Shown here piece by piece: positions 38,020 through 51,629 of a stretch of 64,000 bases of DNA. This DNA comes from Vicugna vicugna (lineage: Eukaryota), in NCBI GenBank assembly GCA_013265495.1, contig MU058781.1, positions 186,001 to 250,000 of the forward strand, written 5' to 3'. The notes below the pieces were generated by a model. The model saw nothing but the letters and a program-made list of their open reading frames with translations, made no database searches and was not told the DNA's origin. Numbering within the stretch: position 1 is the first letter of the stretch; every line of letters starts with the position of its first letter. Position numbers and translations under genes: made by a program.

Positions 38020-39800
38020 AATGTTTGCCATTTTTTATTTTAAACCGAATGATACGTATACACCTGTTTAAAAGCATCTACTACTATGAAGCTTGGAAAT
38101 AAAAACCGCAGTCGACAACCCCATCCCACCTTAAACTACTCAGAAAACTGGGGGGACATTTCTTCTGCATTACAATGTGTCTTTCAAAACAACACTTGGG
38201 CGTTGCCATTTTTAGCCTTCCTTATTTTGGACATCATTTAGACATTGATTTCTTACACCAGAAGGTTGCAGTTTATCATTCCTAAGGAGCTCCCCAGCCC
38301 CCTTCATCTTCTTGCACTTGCCTACCTGCTAGATTCCAATCACAATGTTTGTGTTAGATCACTAGTCTCTGTTTACAGTGTTACGACTGTGGGCACATGG
38401 GTCACGGTTACAGGGGCAGAGCGCTGCAGTTACACTCCCTGTCATTTCCTGCCCGGGCAGTTAGTTATTGCCTCATTCTGCATTGCTTTCTTACTTTCCC
38501 TTTACGTGTATTATTAATTCATCCTCAGATTCTCTGATAGAACTCTCTCATCCCTATAGATATGGTGGCGTCTCTGTGGGAGACATCCCTCTGTTAGCTT
38601 TCAAGGTCTTTTTTCCCTGGTGGCCTAAACTTTTAATGACAAGTTTTGACTGGTTTCTTTTTCACTCATTAAGTGTTTCCTGGAACCTTCAATCTGGTAT
38701 CAATGTTTTGGGCTATTTATTTTTTTTCTGAGAAATTTGTTGGTGTTATTTCTTTGAAAGATTTCTTCCTTCTGAGTTTGTTGTTCTCCCTTTCTGTAAC
38801 TCTTAAGACTGAGTCTTTCTTGCAGTTTTTCATCGTTGTATGTGTTTGTTCTACCATCTCAGAATGTCCTTTGATTTTTATCTTTCAGTCCTTAAATTGA
38901 ATTTTTAAATTCTCTTGGACAAGTTAGTAATTTCTAACAGCTATTGCTCTATGAATAACCCTTTTAATTAATAGTATCCTAATTTATTTCATGAATCTTC
39001 TCTCACTTCCTCCCTTTTATTTTTTAGGTTATCAATTTCAGGGTATTTTTTGTTTGTTTGTTTGTTTGTGTTTTAGTTTTCTCTTTCTCTCTTAAAGGTC
39101 TTATCTTTTTCGGAGTTTCTTTCTCTATCTCCTTTCATCCTTGCCTTTCTTGTTGGAGGCTTTAGAGAATGTCTTACATCTCTGGCTCTCTGTTCATATT
39201 CAAAATGAGGCAGTAACGCACGACTCATAGGAAGTTCCAGGTGGGTGAGTGGGTAGATTTGTTGACTGTGTGTAAGCTCAGCCTTTGCATTGGGAGCTTC
39301 CAGATGCCAGTCGTGATAGGTGTTTTCTCTTAGACTGGGGAATTTTCCCAGAAAGAAACCCTCCAGTCTCTTGACTGTGAGGCCAGGGTAAGAATGATGT
39401 AGAAGAGACTGAGATGTTAGCTTGGCCGCCAGGGCTCTGAGAGCAGGCATGGGAAGAGGAGTGTGGGTTCCTAGTTTAATATTCACTTTTGCTCACTCTT
39501 CCCTTACGCTCAGCTGTGTCCCGAGGTCTGTGAACCCAGCACATCTCTGGTTTCAAATATTTGCACAGTGAACCTCCCATCTCCTGTAGGGTGGCAGAGA
39601 TCGTTAACCTGGCTGCATCAGACAGGAGAGCCCCCTGGGGTGTAGTTACTATTTATACAGACTTATCACCAGTTCTCTTTTCTCCCCTCCTCCTATGTCC
39701 TTGCTTTCATCTGTACCAGCTTCCTCCAAATTTGAGATGTTCTTGGATTGTTTGGTGGAAATTAACTTGTCTCCTGTTGGCCCTTCAATAGAGTAGAGTT
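38020..39800 (-). mobile_element. Ancient L1-related relic (HAL1 or L1M 5'/ORF1 region)
   Basis: Long T-rich decayed segment with CCTTCAATCTGG, TTCTCCCTTTCTGTAACTC, TCTGTTCATATTCAAAATGAGG and TTCCCAGAAAGAAACCCTCCAGTCTC motifs recalled from HAL1/L1M. Confidence 0.5.
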
Positions 39801-42162
39801 TTTATAGTGAGCTGTAGAGAAAATTTTGTGGTTTCATTGAGATCCAAGACATCCACATGTCCTTGGCCTCATGGCTGCAATTGGTTTCAGTCTACTTGAT
39901 TGTGTAGCTCAAAGAAGAAACAAAAAACAAAAGTACATATAACAAAAACCTACTAGAAATAACACATCTTGTTCAGTCGTGTTTTAATAAGTCAAATGCA
40001 TAAGAAAATAAATAATTACATAAATAAAGTGTATCATTTTAAAATCGCACTGAAATGGCTGAAAAAAGAAATACCCTGAGACAATACCCCTGAACCCTAG
40101 CAGAGGTAGGAGGGGTGTGAATTTCTCCCGTAGGGCAGGGACGGCTGGGCCAGGCCCATCAGTGTTGTGAGCAGTGAGTTCATGGTGGATTTAATGATGG
40201 CAACTACTGTTTGATTTTTTTTTAAATGTCAACATCAGGAGAACAAATATGGGGCACATTTCACATGCCCTCCACTCCCACCTAAAACATTTGAGCATTC
40301 TCGTCCTCAGTGTGCTTGCATTCTTCAGCTGTTTCTCTCTGAGGCATTCCCCAAGAGCAGAATGCCTCTTAGGTCTTGAACACATACTTCATAACCCAAT
40401 AAAGACACGGTTCAGGATGCTTCCTTTCTCCTTGGGGGGAAGGGCCTGGATATTTCGGTCCAATAATGGGGGGCAAACTTCTGGGAAATGGCAGTTCAGA
40501 GTGTCCTTTGAAACAAACAAGTTCTGTAAAATGAGAGATTTACAAGCCTCCTTCAAGTTCCTGCAATGTGAATTTTCATTCCCAGGATCAACTCTACTCA
40601 TCTCTCACGCTGACCCATTTGCTGCAGCCCTGGTGATGGCTTTCTCGGGATGACATGGTGGTGGGGCCTCCTTCAATGACTCGAGAACCACGTGTAGAAA
40701 ACACTGGGCAGCCTCAGGAGGCAGTCTGACTGACCCTGGCCATATCATTTTACAATTTTTTAATCAAAATCATCCTTCATCTATATTATGCCTGGGGTGT
40801 TATTTTTCTTAGCAGCATCAGGGTACTGAGGGATTCACTTTAGGAGAGATCAACAGTCTTGCTTTTTCTGTGATTTAATTCTGAAGAGAAGTCATAGACC
40901 ACACTAAACCCTGCGTTCAAATAATTTCCTCAAAAATATAGAAAAGCATATTTTACTTCTGTTTTTCTCTGCATGTGGCCCCCCACCCGACAGTCCCAGG
41001 GACCGAGCAGATGTCATGAGAAATGGACACGACCCAGAAAAGAGGGATATATACTGATTTCTGTAGTGATCAAATTGTCAAATTTTGTAGATCGGTCAGG
41101 AAGTTATGGACTGAAAGGTACGCAGTCTTTTGTCTTCTGTCCACTGGCAAATTCTGTAATCGTGGATTTGGATCAGCAACAACAGGTTGTCAGATGAGCA
41201 TGCGATGCTGATGGGCAGATCCCTGTGGAATATGCAGAAGGCCGTGTACCTCTGAGGAAGGGGCTGGAGACACTCTTTCCTGGGGAATTCAACCTCCTAT
41301 CGGGAGAGGTAAAGTGGATATAAGAAAAATGCCATGCGTGTGAAGAGCATGAGGAAAGGTCGTATATTTCAAAAAAGAATATTGTTTACAAGGAGTGTTA
41401 ATAGGTTTCAGGGGAAATGTTAATTTTTTTCCTCTCCTGGATGAAATAGCTACTGTAAGTTTTTAATGGTTAATCATTCATTCCTGAATTTTTATATTAA
41501 GCATTTTATATTACTTTATTGACTTAACTTTTATGCTCTTCTTCATTTTGACAGTAAAGAATGATCAGGCAATACTCTTTGAAAATTGGAGACTATTTGC
41601 AGCTGCTCTCTGTTGAGGAAAGTGAGTAATAGGGTGCCTCAAGGAATTTCGAAGGTATCACTCAACAGAAACTTTTGTGTCTGAAGAAAACTAGCTCATT
41701 TTATCATGGTAGGCATAGCGATATGTTTGCTTTAATAAAATGCCATATTTCTGCCTTTAATCTCTTGTCAACCCGCTATTAAAAAGCCCCAAAGTGCATG
41801 CGTGCCTCACATGTAAACACGTGTGGTTTTGAGGTTACCACGGAACATACTAATAAAGCATGTAATTTGTGTTTTGTGCGCAGGCTGTAATCATTTATGG
41901 AGTGGTAGAAAGAAGCTAGAGAAGGATTTTCTCTAACTTCAGCCAGCAAGTCAAGTTAATTTTAGGGCTCTGCGCAGAGGTGCGTGCAGACACATGCTCA
42001 TGCGATGAAGTCATGTGGAGAAAGATCAGAAAGCCCCCACAAGCAAAGCGGGGCAAAATGTAAATTAATTTCACACAGCCCGGACACATTCTGTCAAGTA
42101 TTCTCATGTTGTCCCTTCGAGCTAGTCAGCTGGGAGGGTGTGCTGCAGATTTTTTCCCAAAG

Positions 42163-42164
<2 letters not shown>

Positions 42165-42192
<28 letters not shown>
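42165..42192. repeat. Perfect (GT)14 microsatellite
   Basis: Direct reading. Confidence 0.97.
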
Positions 42193-42193
<1 letters not shown>

Positions 42194-44744
42194 ACACACT
42201 GACAATATATTGGAAGAATGTAGATTAATTCAAGTAAATTCAGATAAATCATAGCAATCGCTTCTTAAGCCTCTTGAACGTCATCTCCATCACCTCTGTG
42301 GAAAGAGGGAACTCAGTACACTGGTTCCTCTTTTTATATGGAATAACAAAACATGGAAACGTTGAATCACTTTTACAGGATCATAGGTGACCTCATGGTC
42401 CGACTACAGCGCCTCCCGTGCTTGTTCAAGCATCAGACTTACCTGTTTATGTGAGACCTTCCAAGCGAGGGTTCATCTTACTCATCTTCAGAGCACCACT
42501 TCTTCCCACGTGAAATGCCCTGCCCACAACACCCCCCAAAATGCAGACCATTTGAATGGAAGACCCTTGAGTGTGTGGGAGAAATGAGAACTTGACTGTA
42601 TACATGCCCATTTCTGGAAAATGTTGTGAAATTCTGTAGTTTGGGAATGAAACCGAACTTTATTTATACAAGCAGAAGCATGTTTGGTTTAGAGAAAATG
42701 TCTGTGTCCAGAGGAAATGGGTTTTAGGAACTCTAGGTGTGTTTATTCCCAAAAGATGCAAGGCTTCTCACCTGGAAAGCAATTCACCTTTCTCCGTGCT
42801 TTTTTAAATCTCTTAAAATGGATGTACATGCATTCGTTGTCGATGCAGACAATAGATGTTTTGTGGTTCAAAACCTTTGGAATCTGAAGCCTAATTAAAA
42901 TGAATCCTTCGTGCCACTTTTAAGCTATAACCCACCTATTCATTTGATACATTTACTTAACTAATCAACCGGTTCCCATTCAACTCCAGACTGAAGAGCT
43001 TCCCGTGGTCCTTGGAAAGCATGGAGGCGTTTTGCAGATCTGTAAGGAGATTATAGCAGAGTGTGTCTGAGAGCATCCTATTTAAAGCAGAATTGAAACT
43101 GCACCTCAGTATTCGAGGCTGATCAGACCTGGGAAGGAGTTTTCTGCAAGGGGCTCAGCCGGTTCTCTGATCTTATGGGAAGGAAACCATGAACCTAACA
43201 GCCATTTTACCCTTTCTGTGGTCTGAACTGCTCCACTCTTTAATCATCTGCTCACATAATAAAGACATATCAAGAGAGGAGAGAGAGAGGAGGGAGGGCA
43301 GAGGAAGGAAAAAGAGAAAGAAAAACAAAGGCAGTAACTTGAAAGCCGTATCCTGCCCGTCTTCTCTTGTGTGTGTTGGTTGATGGTGTTTTGTTTTGTC
43401 CTAACAGCAGTTCTGAAGTCAGGCCTAATCAAAAGCCAGGAACAAATGTTTTCAGGTTGATAAAAGTTATAATTTGGAAGATTTTTGATGGGCATAGCAT
43501 GTAACAGATATAAAAAGTAGAGACTGGCTCTGTAAAGTAGCTGAATTGAAACAAACTTCATTGGGGCTTTTTGGCTTAACTTTCTTTTTGGTATTTATCT
43601 GTGGGTCTCTAAACCCTCTGTGGATGTCAAGTCATCTTTCATGAAGTGTCTTTTAGCTGAGCCAGTTTCTTTCAACACAGGCACAAAGGGGAAGAGGGGC
43701 TAGCAGGTAACAAAAGATTCAGAGTCAAAACAAAGGTAGTTCCCCAGGTCATGTTTAAATCTGTAGCTCTGTTAAGTTTGCAAAGGTTCATACATCTAAA
43801 ACTTACTTCATTTTATTTTAATGTGATGATCAAAACAGTTACTGTGACGTTTCAGATAACAGTGGGCAGGTATGAAGAGCAACAACAAAGTGAGTCAGTT
43901 GAGAACACCAGGTATAGGCCATCCTCCAAGTTAAAATGATTTAAAAGCCAAATCACTATTTACTGCTATCTTGTTTAGGGATTTTATCTTTTTCTTTTAA
44001 CAAAAGTGTTATATATAATGGCAATAATTCCTATTTACAGTGGTCGATTGAAAATAATTTCACAATAGCAATTAGAACTGTAATTGATACCAAAACACAC
44101 AGCATTGACATCACAGGACAGAATCTGAGTTAAAACGTACTCAATCTACTGATATCTACATTCTTCTAAGATCCATAAAAACCAGGTAGTTTCCCTCAAT
44201 ATGAAGAATGAGAAGAAGACAGTACTTTTCCTTTTTTTAAATTCCTACAGAGCATACATGTATTTCTTTATAATGAGACTTATAACCTATAACGAACTGG
44301 AGAGTAAAAATCCATAGCTAAGAAAAGGTGTCACAAAGTCAGGTTCCAAAAGAGCTGGATAGTGTCAGTGACTGGTCAATATCATGTAACAATCATTGCT
44401 CCTTTATAAGAACTTGTGAATCCAATAGTTTAGGATCACAGTCTTCCATGATTTAATATACAAATTAAGAAACGTCTGGATTAGGTCTTGCTGAATGTGA
44501 CCTCTGAAATAAAATTACTAGCTGTTTTTGTCAAAACATTATAATTTACAGTTGCTCAACTCTAGTGTTTACCTTTTGCATTTGAAAAAATCATTAGCTC
44601 TGAATGAACATTTAAAAAAATTAATTCTAGGATCTGTTTATTTTGGAGCCTGACTGGCTCCAAATATCCATAAATTCTGGTGGAAGACCTCCTAAATTCA
44701 GATGTTTAAAAACACTTGATTCAGTCATTTATTCATTCACTCCT

Positions 44745-44808
44745 CCATGTGCCTTTAGTAGGTTCTCAATAAATATTTGCCGGATGGAAGAATGAATGGA
44801 TGGGAATG
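44745..44808 (+). mobile_element. L2 3' terminus
   Basis: TAGTAGGTTCTCAATAAATATTTGCCGGATGGAAGAATGAATGGATG. Confidence 0.7.
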
Positions 44809-45566
44809 AAGTTCCATACATCAGGGGTGTACCCCTCACACAGGAAGTAATCGTTACCTCTGAATGAGCGTTAAAGAAAAATCATTCTAGGTGCAGGTGA
44901 GCATGTAGTACGTGCGACGGATTAAATTTCTTGCCTTCGTGGAGATTTCTAATGGTGAATGTCATCAATAATAGTCATGCATTTCAAACCCTACTCCAAG
45001 ACAATGGAGAAAATGTTTTCTGTTTTCCTCCTTTCAAGCCCCATGGTCTCCCTTGCCCTTCACCAGGGTCAAAGCTGTGGATGCCTTTACGGTCGGTGTG
45101 GGTCCAGGTGCCCTCTTCCAGGTGAGGTGCTCGCTGCTACCCTGGCTCATACCCTCGCTTGTGGTTTTATTAGGGGTATCTCAGCTATATTTCAGAAAAA
45201 GAGATTTCTACTTAGCTTTAGAAGTGGAAACTCAAAGTAGAATATAATCAATTGCTTTCCCTAAAGTGTGCTGCTGGCAGGAAATGTCAACAACTTAGTA
45301 CATGCGGTGACCGTCTGTGTCCGGATGTCTCTAAGAGGCATCTGTGGGTCCTCTCTTTCAGGTTAGGTTAAAGATGACCACGAAGGAAGAGGGAAAGCAA
45401 CCTCTGCCTGTAGTACCCGTCACTGCTCCCTCTATGTTTTCTGATACAGCAGCAGGTTCTCTGGCTGTTTCTTGAAATCATACTTTATTTTTCAGCAAGG
45501 ACATTTGGTGCCCAAAACTCCTACAACAGACTTATTTCACTGACTCGCATCTCCGAGGGGAAGGGC

Positions 45567-46030
45567 GTCAGACGTGGTGGGCCCAGGATTCGGACGCAAG
45601 AGGCAGACTCAGGAGTGGCCTTTTTTCAGAAGGTATTGAAGAGTCTCCCTAACAAAGCTCACGTTCAAGGTGGGAGGAGTCAAAGAGGATGGAGCCGAGG
45701 ACAGTGGTCAGAAAGGGTGATTCTGTGATCAGAGGAGGGTTTCTCAGCCGTATCAGCCCTGGCCCAGTCCTAGATCAGTGTGAGGGAGGGAGGTATCAGA
45801 GAAATAAAACAAATAAATGTTCCTGTTTTCCGAGAACACAGCTGCATGGCTGTAAGGGCCGTGTAGTGGGTGATCACGTGGTCACAGGATGTCCTCAGGT
45901 AACAGAAAGCTCACCTCATAGGTGGCTTCTCGGAGGCCCTAGAGAACCCAGCCCATCTTGTAGGCGTCAGTGGCTATGGTCAGATTGGCTGTGGAAAGTG
46001 GCAGTTTATACAGAGTTCATGCAAGACAAC
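45567..46030 (-). mobile_element. Possible ancient LTR relic
   Basis: GC-richer ~460-bp block starting (C/T)GTCAGAC and ending GACA, with a TATA-like TATAAAC on the minus strand near 46005. Family not recognised. Confidence 0.3.
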
Positions 46031-46089
46031 TTCAGCAGCAACAAACACAAGGAAAAGACCAGGTTGGTGGCCCCAGTGAGCAGGAGCAG

Positions 46090-46300
46090 ATACAATAGCC
46101 ATATTCGAGCACTGATCATGTTCCTGAAAATGCGCAAAGTCATTTACTTGTATTAACCCTTAGACTCCTAAAAACAACTCTGGGAGTTAGATCTCTTTAG
46201 TATTCCCATTTTATAGACAAGATAATAGAGGCACAGAGAGGTTAAGTAACTTGAGCAATGTCACACAGCAAAAAGGGGCAGGGCCACTATTATAATCTGG
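46090..46300 (-). mobile_element. MIR relic
   Basis: TATTCCCATTTTATAGACAAGATAATAGAGGCACAGAGAGGTTAAGTAACTTGAGCAATGTCACACAGC. Confidence 0.9.
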
Positions 46301-47214
46301 GTAGAAGAGGAAAGTGAATAATTCTTTTAGAACCTGAGAATCATTTGAGGTGTGTGAGAAGGAGGGATTTTGCTTTGAAGTGGCATCAAGGGCATTGAAA
46401 TCACCAGGGAGATTGTGAAACTTTTTTTTTTTTTTAGTCTTAGGTTAATGTGGCCTGGCAACATTGCTCTGAAAGCAACGGAGCAACAAATATCTTTCAG
46501 GTTAAAAAAGTGGGATCTATAGCAAACATTAAATTATTAAATTGATAATTCGCTTGCAATAATTATTCTTTAGAATACAACTGATGGCGACCCTCTCAAC
46601 TATTTACAACCGCAAGGAAAGAAAATCATAAAAATAGTGTCACAAAGGTTCAGCTGTGATCTGGACAGTTCTAACGAAATGCATCTGTGCTGCTTTTGAT
46701 CAGAGCGCATGCTAAACGCGCTAACTTGCCCAGACGCTTAGAGAGTGCTTGGAAAACAAGACAGTAACTACTTCGCACGCTGGTAGATTCAGTCACAGCC
46801 ACTGTTGCACAAAGGGTACGATCAGATTCATCCACGAGGTGATTTTCCCAGCTGTTTATATTAATTAAACGGCCTGCTTCTGCGCTAAAACGTTTCTCCC
46901 ATTCCTTCTCCCGGAGCCCACGCACTGCGTTAAACCTCAGGTATGACAGCCTGGAGAGCAGTCCCTGCCTTCAATGAGCTGTGCCCTGAAAGTTGTTTGG
47001 GAAGCAAATCCACTGTCTCAGAAGATAGCTGTTCTCAAGATGGCTACATTTTAAACGAGTCCACTTAACCCATCTGGCAGATCCGGAGGGCACAGTCGAG
47101 GAGTCTGGGGGAGGGTGGAAAAAATAGGTTTGGTGCCATGAGAAGGGTTTTGAATCTCTGAGTAAAGAACAAGACTTCTCCGCCCTAAGTCACCTATCAG
47201 TGGCAGTTCCAGCC

Positions 47215-47400
47215 ACAATGGTCTGGCTCCTCCTAGGTGCCCGTCAAAGTTCCAAGTACTTTCTGTGTTTGTTCATCTTTACCATCTATGCGGTTAGCAC
47301 TGTAATCAGTCCCATTTTCCCAAAGACAGACACAAGGCACAGAGATGTTAACTCATTTGCCCAAGGTCACAGAGCGGATACATGGCACCCGAATTTGTCA
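47215..47400 (-). mobile_element. MIR relic
   Basis: CCCATTTTCC...AGGCACAGAGATGTTAACTCATTTGCCCAAGGTCACAGAGC. Confidence 0.85.
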
Positions 47401-47550
47401 AACAGGAAAAAAATATATCCATCCTCACGGTTCTGAGATTCACTTAAAAGATATGTATGAAAGTGCTCTGCAAACTCTTAAGGGTGATACAAATTATTGC
47501 TTTATAATGCTAAGCCAAAATGCCAAGGGGAATAAGGTGGTGGAGGGAAA

Positions 47551-48137
47551 CTTTTTGGATTCTTTTCCATTATAGGTTATTACAAGGCATTGAATATAGT
47601 TCCCTGTGCTGTACAGTAGGACCTTGTTGTTTATCTGTTTTACATATAGTGGTATGTATCTGTTAAGTTCAAACTCCTAATTTGTCCCACCCCTCCACCT
47701 TTCCCTCCTGGTCAACCATAAATTTGTTTTCTACATGAGTCTGTTTCTGTTTTGTAAATAAGTTCATTTGCATCATTTTTTTAGATTCCACATATAAGTG
47801 ATATCATATGATATCTGTCTTTCTCTTTTTGGCTTACTTCACTTAATGTGATCATCTCTAGGTCCATCCATGTTGCTGCAAATGGCATTATTTCATTCTT
47901 CTTTATAGCTGAGTAGCATTCCATTGTATAAATATACCACACCTTCTTTATGTAGTCATCTGTCGATGGACATTCAGGTTGCTTCCATGTCTTGGCTACT
48001 ATAAATAGTACTGCTATAAGTATTGGGGTGCATGTGTCTTTTTGAATTAGAGTTCCCTCTGGATATAGCCCAGGAGAGGGATTGCTGAATCATATGGCAA
48101 GTCTATTTTTAGTTTTTTAAAGAATCTCCATACTGTT
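47551..48137 (-). mobile_element. Young cetartiodactyl-type L1 fragment lacking the 3'-terminal ~100 nt and poly(A) tail
   Basis: Colinear with 460-930 (TTCTTTTCCATTATAGGTTATTACAAG...GGTCCATCCATGTTGCTGCAAATGGC...TCTCCATACTGTT). Confidence 0.92.
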
Positions 48138-51100
48138 GTCATCATTTCATCTTAGTCCTCTGAGCTTCTCTAGCCCTTCATCCTAAGCTCATAAAGTTCA
48201 CAACTGAAGGCCTCTTTGAACTGTCAGGGAGATTGAGGTGACGGGAAGTGAGAGGTAGTGTTCAAGTTTTCCAGATGCTTTAACTCAGTGAGAGAAAAAC
48301 ACACAAAGCGCTAGTTTCGGCCTGGATGGTTTAGTCACCCCTGCACCCCCACCTCGCCACCCCGCCAGGGTTCGGAAGTGGACGCGAGCAGGGCTCATGA
48401 GCAGAGAGGGGGCCCTTTGGGTTGTCTGCAAGTTAGGAACTATCAGTGACATTTCCAGCTAGTGTTCACAGCTGAAGTTAAAATAAACCTCGTCTGACTA
48501 TTTAGGAAGCCAAACACGAAGACTGATTTAGAGAGCACTATGAATAAAATTGCCCTCATTAAAGTTTTAACCAATTCTCACTCATACTAACATGTGACAG
48601 CCCAAAGACATAAGATTAGATTTCCAGCTTCATAGATTCATAATATGGAGAAAATCGTAGTTCAACAAACACGAAATATAATATTTATATATTTTGAACG
48701 CTGTCGCATTTTATTTTATCACATGCTGAAGTCAGGATGATTCTGTTGGTTGATGGCAGTTAAAAATGTGTTAGCGTAATTACCATTACATGTGGATGGT
48801 GCTTTAAGACAAAATTTAATATTTATTTTCTTGGATAACATCAATTGTTGAAGGCAGAAAACGCAAATAATTTTTCTCTCCAGGTGATACCAAAGAGATT
48901 TTTGTGAAAATGCACATTTACTACAAACCACTTTCTGTAATCTTTCCCAAGGGAGAAACAGCGCCCTGTAAAAGATGTTGCTGGTCTTTTTCCTAGGCTC
49001 AGTGCTAAGATTTTGAATACCTCAATCTAGTTTGTTTGTTTCTCTCTTTGTTTTTTTTTTGCGGGCGGGCGCGGTAAAGAAGGAAGGTTGTTATTTCTCA
49101 GAAATAAACTCTAGGACAGACAAGGGTAAACAAAACTGCCTTCAGGGCTCTCTCTCCTCTGCCTTCTGGCTTTGCAGGTGGGCCTCCTGGTTATGACCTG
49201 TCCTGCCTGCCTTCCCATCACCAACTCTGTCTCTGCTGTCCACGTTGCCAGCAAGTTCATGAGCATCCCAAGGCCACCACACGTGTCTTCTTGCCTCCTG
49301 ACGTGTGGACCCGGAGCTCTTCTCTGCCTGATTCATTCTCATTAGAGCTCCCTGCTCCAGGCAACTGTCACCTGCTCCAAGGAGTGTTCTCCCTCCTTTT
49401 CTGATCCAAGTGGTGTCTTCCTTACGGTTCCCCAGCGTCTGGGGCACCCCATCACACTTTAAAACAATTGTGATATTTTTTGCCTACTTTTCCCATTAGT
49501 CTGTGACCTCCTTTAATCTTTTGACATCCCTTTCCACCCAGCACTAGAGACTGGCTTTTCAATCCTGTTTCTTTTGGACACCATATTCGTTTCGGTACAA
49601 AACTGCCACAGATGTAGAAAACATCGACCTAGGGATGGTTTTCCTGCCATCCTCCTCTTTTTTTTTTTTGACTAAAATTTCATTTTGATTATTGCCCTAG
49701 AAATAATCAAATCAAATCAAATCAAATAATCAAGAGCAAAAGACAGCAAAAAACTGTTAAAAAAAAAAAACAGGAAATTTCCTTCCCCGTGAAAGTGGTG
49801 AAAATTATCAAAGTCTTCAACAAAGTTCATATGCCAATTAACATGGGTAAATAAACTCCGGTGTAAAATGAGCGGTAGTCATTGGCACCGGCAGTGACAC
49901 AGGCTCAGGTGGAAACGTGTGAGGGTTATGAGGACACCCTAAGTCTGTGGGCTCTTTCAGTGCATTTTTGAAGAATGGAGGTCTTTTAAGGATTGGTAGA
50001 CATTTGAAAGCCAATATTTGTTTGGCTGTGAAATTTCTCACAGATCTGTTGCTAAATACCAAAGAGGAATGATGACCTGGGACAGAGCATCTAGTTAACT
50101 CGATTGGCGTCAGACAGAGGAGGGCATTTGGCGTCCAGAAACCTTGAGCTCTGTGCTTATAACACATTGTGACAGCCTTCAAAGAAGCCAACAAACAAAC
50201 TTACGGAACATCTGTCTGGCCATCCAGAAGGCTCTGGATTAAGTACTGGGGGAGCAATGGGTTCACTGTCTGATGCAAAGAATTTCCGAAAGGCTGTGAG
50301 TGGTAATGGGATAATGTTCTCAGGATAAGCGACAATGCCAATGTCTTCATAGTAAACTTAAGCCTACAAAAGCCCTACATGTTTGCACATACATACTGGG
50401 CACAAATCTGGAATGGCATTAAGACTTTGTAACAGGTTTGTGCAAACACATTTAAAAAAAATTTCCCCACTAGAACTTTAAGATTACTCTTTTCTTATTG
50501 CGTTTCTATGAAAATGAAAAGGTGGATTCTTCTCTTTCACCAGGGAGCCCTTCGGGTACGTCAGTGGTGGTCACGGCCACGTGCGTTTGGTTTATTGTTC
50601 AGACCGTGGTGGCGTTCTGCGTGGCCACTGGTGTGCAAGGTTTACATCTTGCATGTCTCCCAGTGGGACTATTATATTTTAAGTACAACTCTTGTAATTT
50701 ATTTTTCGTCTTTCCCCTATATTTAACCTCAGGTTACACTGTCAAGGTAACCGGCGGCAGAAATGAGAGGGTGCCCCGCGTCCTCTGGAGTCTAGATAAT
50801 CCGAAAAGCGCTGATGTAACTTTTCAGCCTCCGCAAAGCAAGGCCGCAGGGCAGCGTGCGATTCACTTCTTGCTAACCAGAGCGCTCTCCTGGCTTCTGT
50901 CCTGTTACGTTGAGGACACAGTGTTCCAACGCTTGAGAAGCCGTCTTTTTTTAGTTAGTACGTGTGAGCAAATCTATTCTGCTTAATTACAAAAACATGA
51001 TGAGGCCGGCAATCTGATAAACTATCAAGAGATTGAAAAATCAGGTCTCGGGCATGTGTGTTTCCTCGGATGCTTCCAATTTCGTTGGAGGAACGTGGTA

Positions 51101-51629
51101 GAGACAGGTTTCTCTGGAAATGCCTCCAGGCCGTTTCAACCCTTATCTCAGTTCCCTGTAAACACCAGGAGCATTTCATACTCACGGATTATTTGTGGAA
51201 TACTTTTCCTTGGTAAGTTAGTTAATGAAAGTAAAACCTCCAGAGGAACTGCACTTATATCTTGCCTCTATATTGATCCACTTAATATCTCTCCCCCTCT
51301 TTTTTTGGTGGGGGGGTGAGAACTCAGTGCAGTGGGTGATGTTTTTCCTGTGACAGCATGACTTAAATACATCTCAGTTTGCGGGGAGGGGCGGAAAGTG
51401 TCTGGAGACTTGCATTCTCATCCGGTCTCTGCCAGGATTTGATCGTGTGATTTAGAAGAGCCATCCAGTGTCCTGCCTCCATTTCTCTGTTTGCAAGAGG
51501 GATGATTCTTGTGGCTAAATTCTTAGGAAAGAGGATAATGCCTTCCACGTGGATAAGGAAACATCCTCGGCTGTGAAGTCACCTCTGTTCCCACCCTGGT
51601 CACTTATATTCCCCGTTTCTCTACTTAAC

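Noticed and set aside
42258..42278. U2 snRNA-like start ATCGCTTCT
   Set aside because: Similarity ends after about 9 nt.
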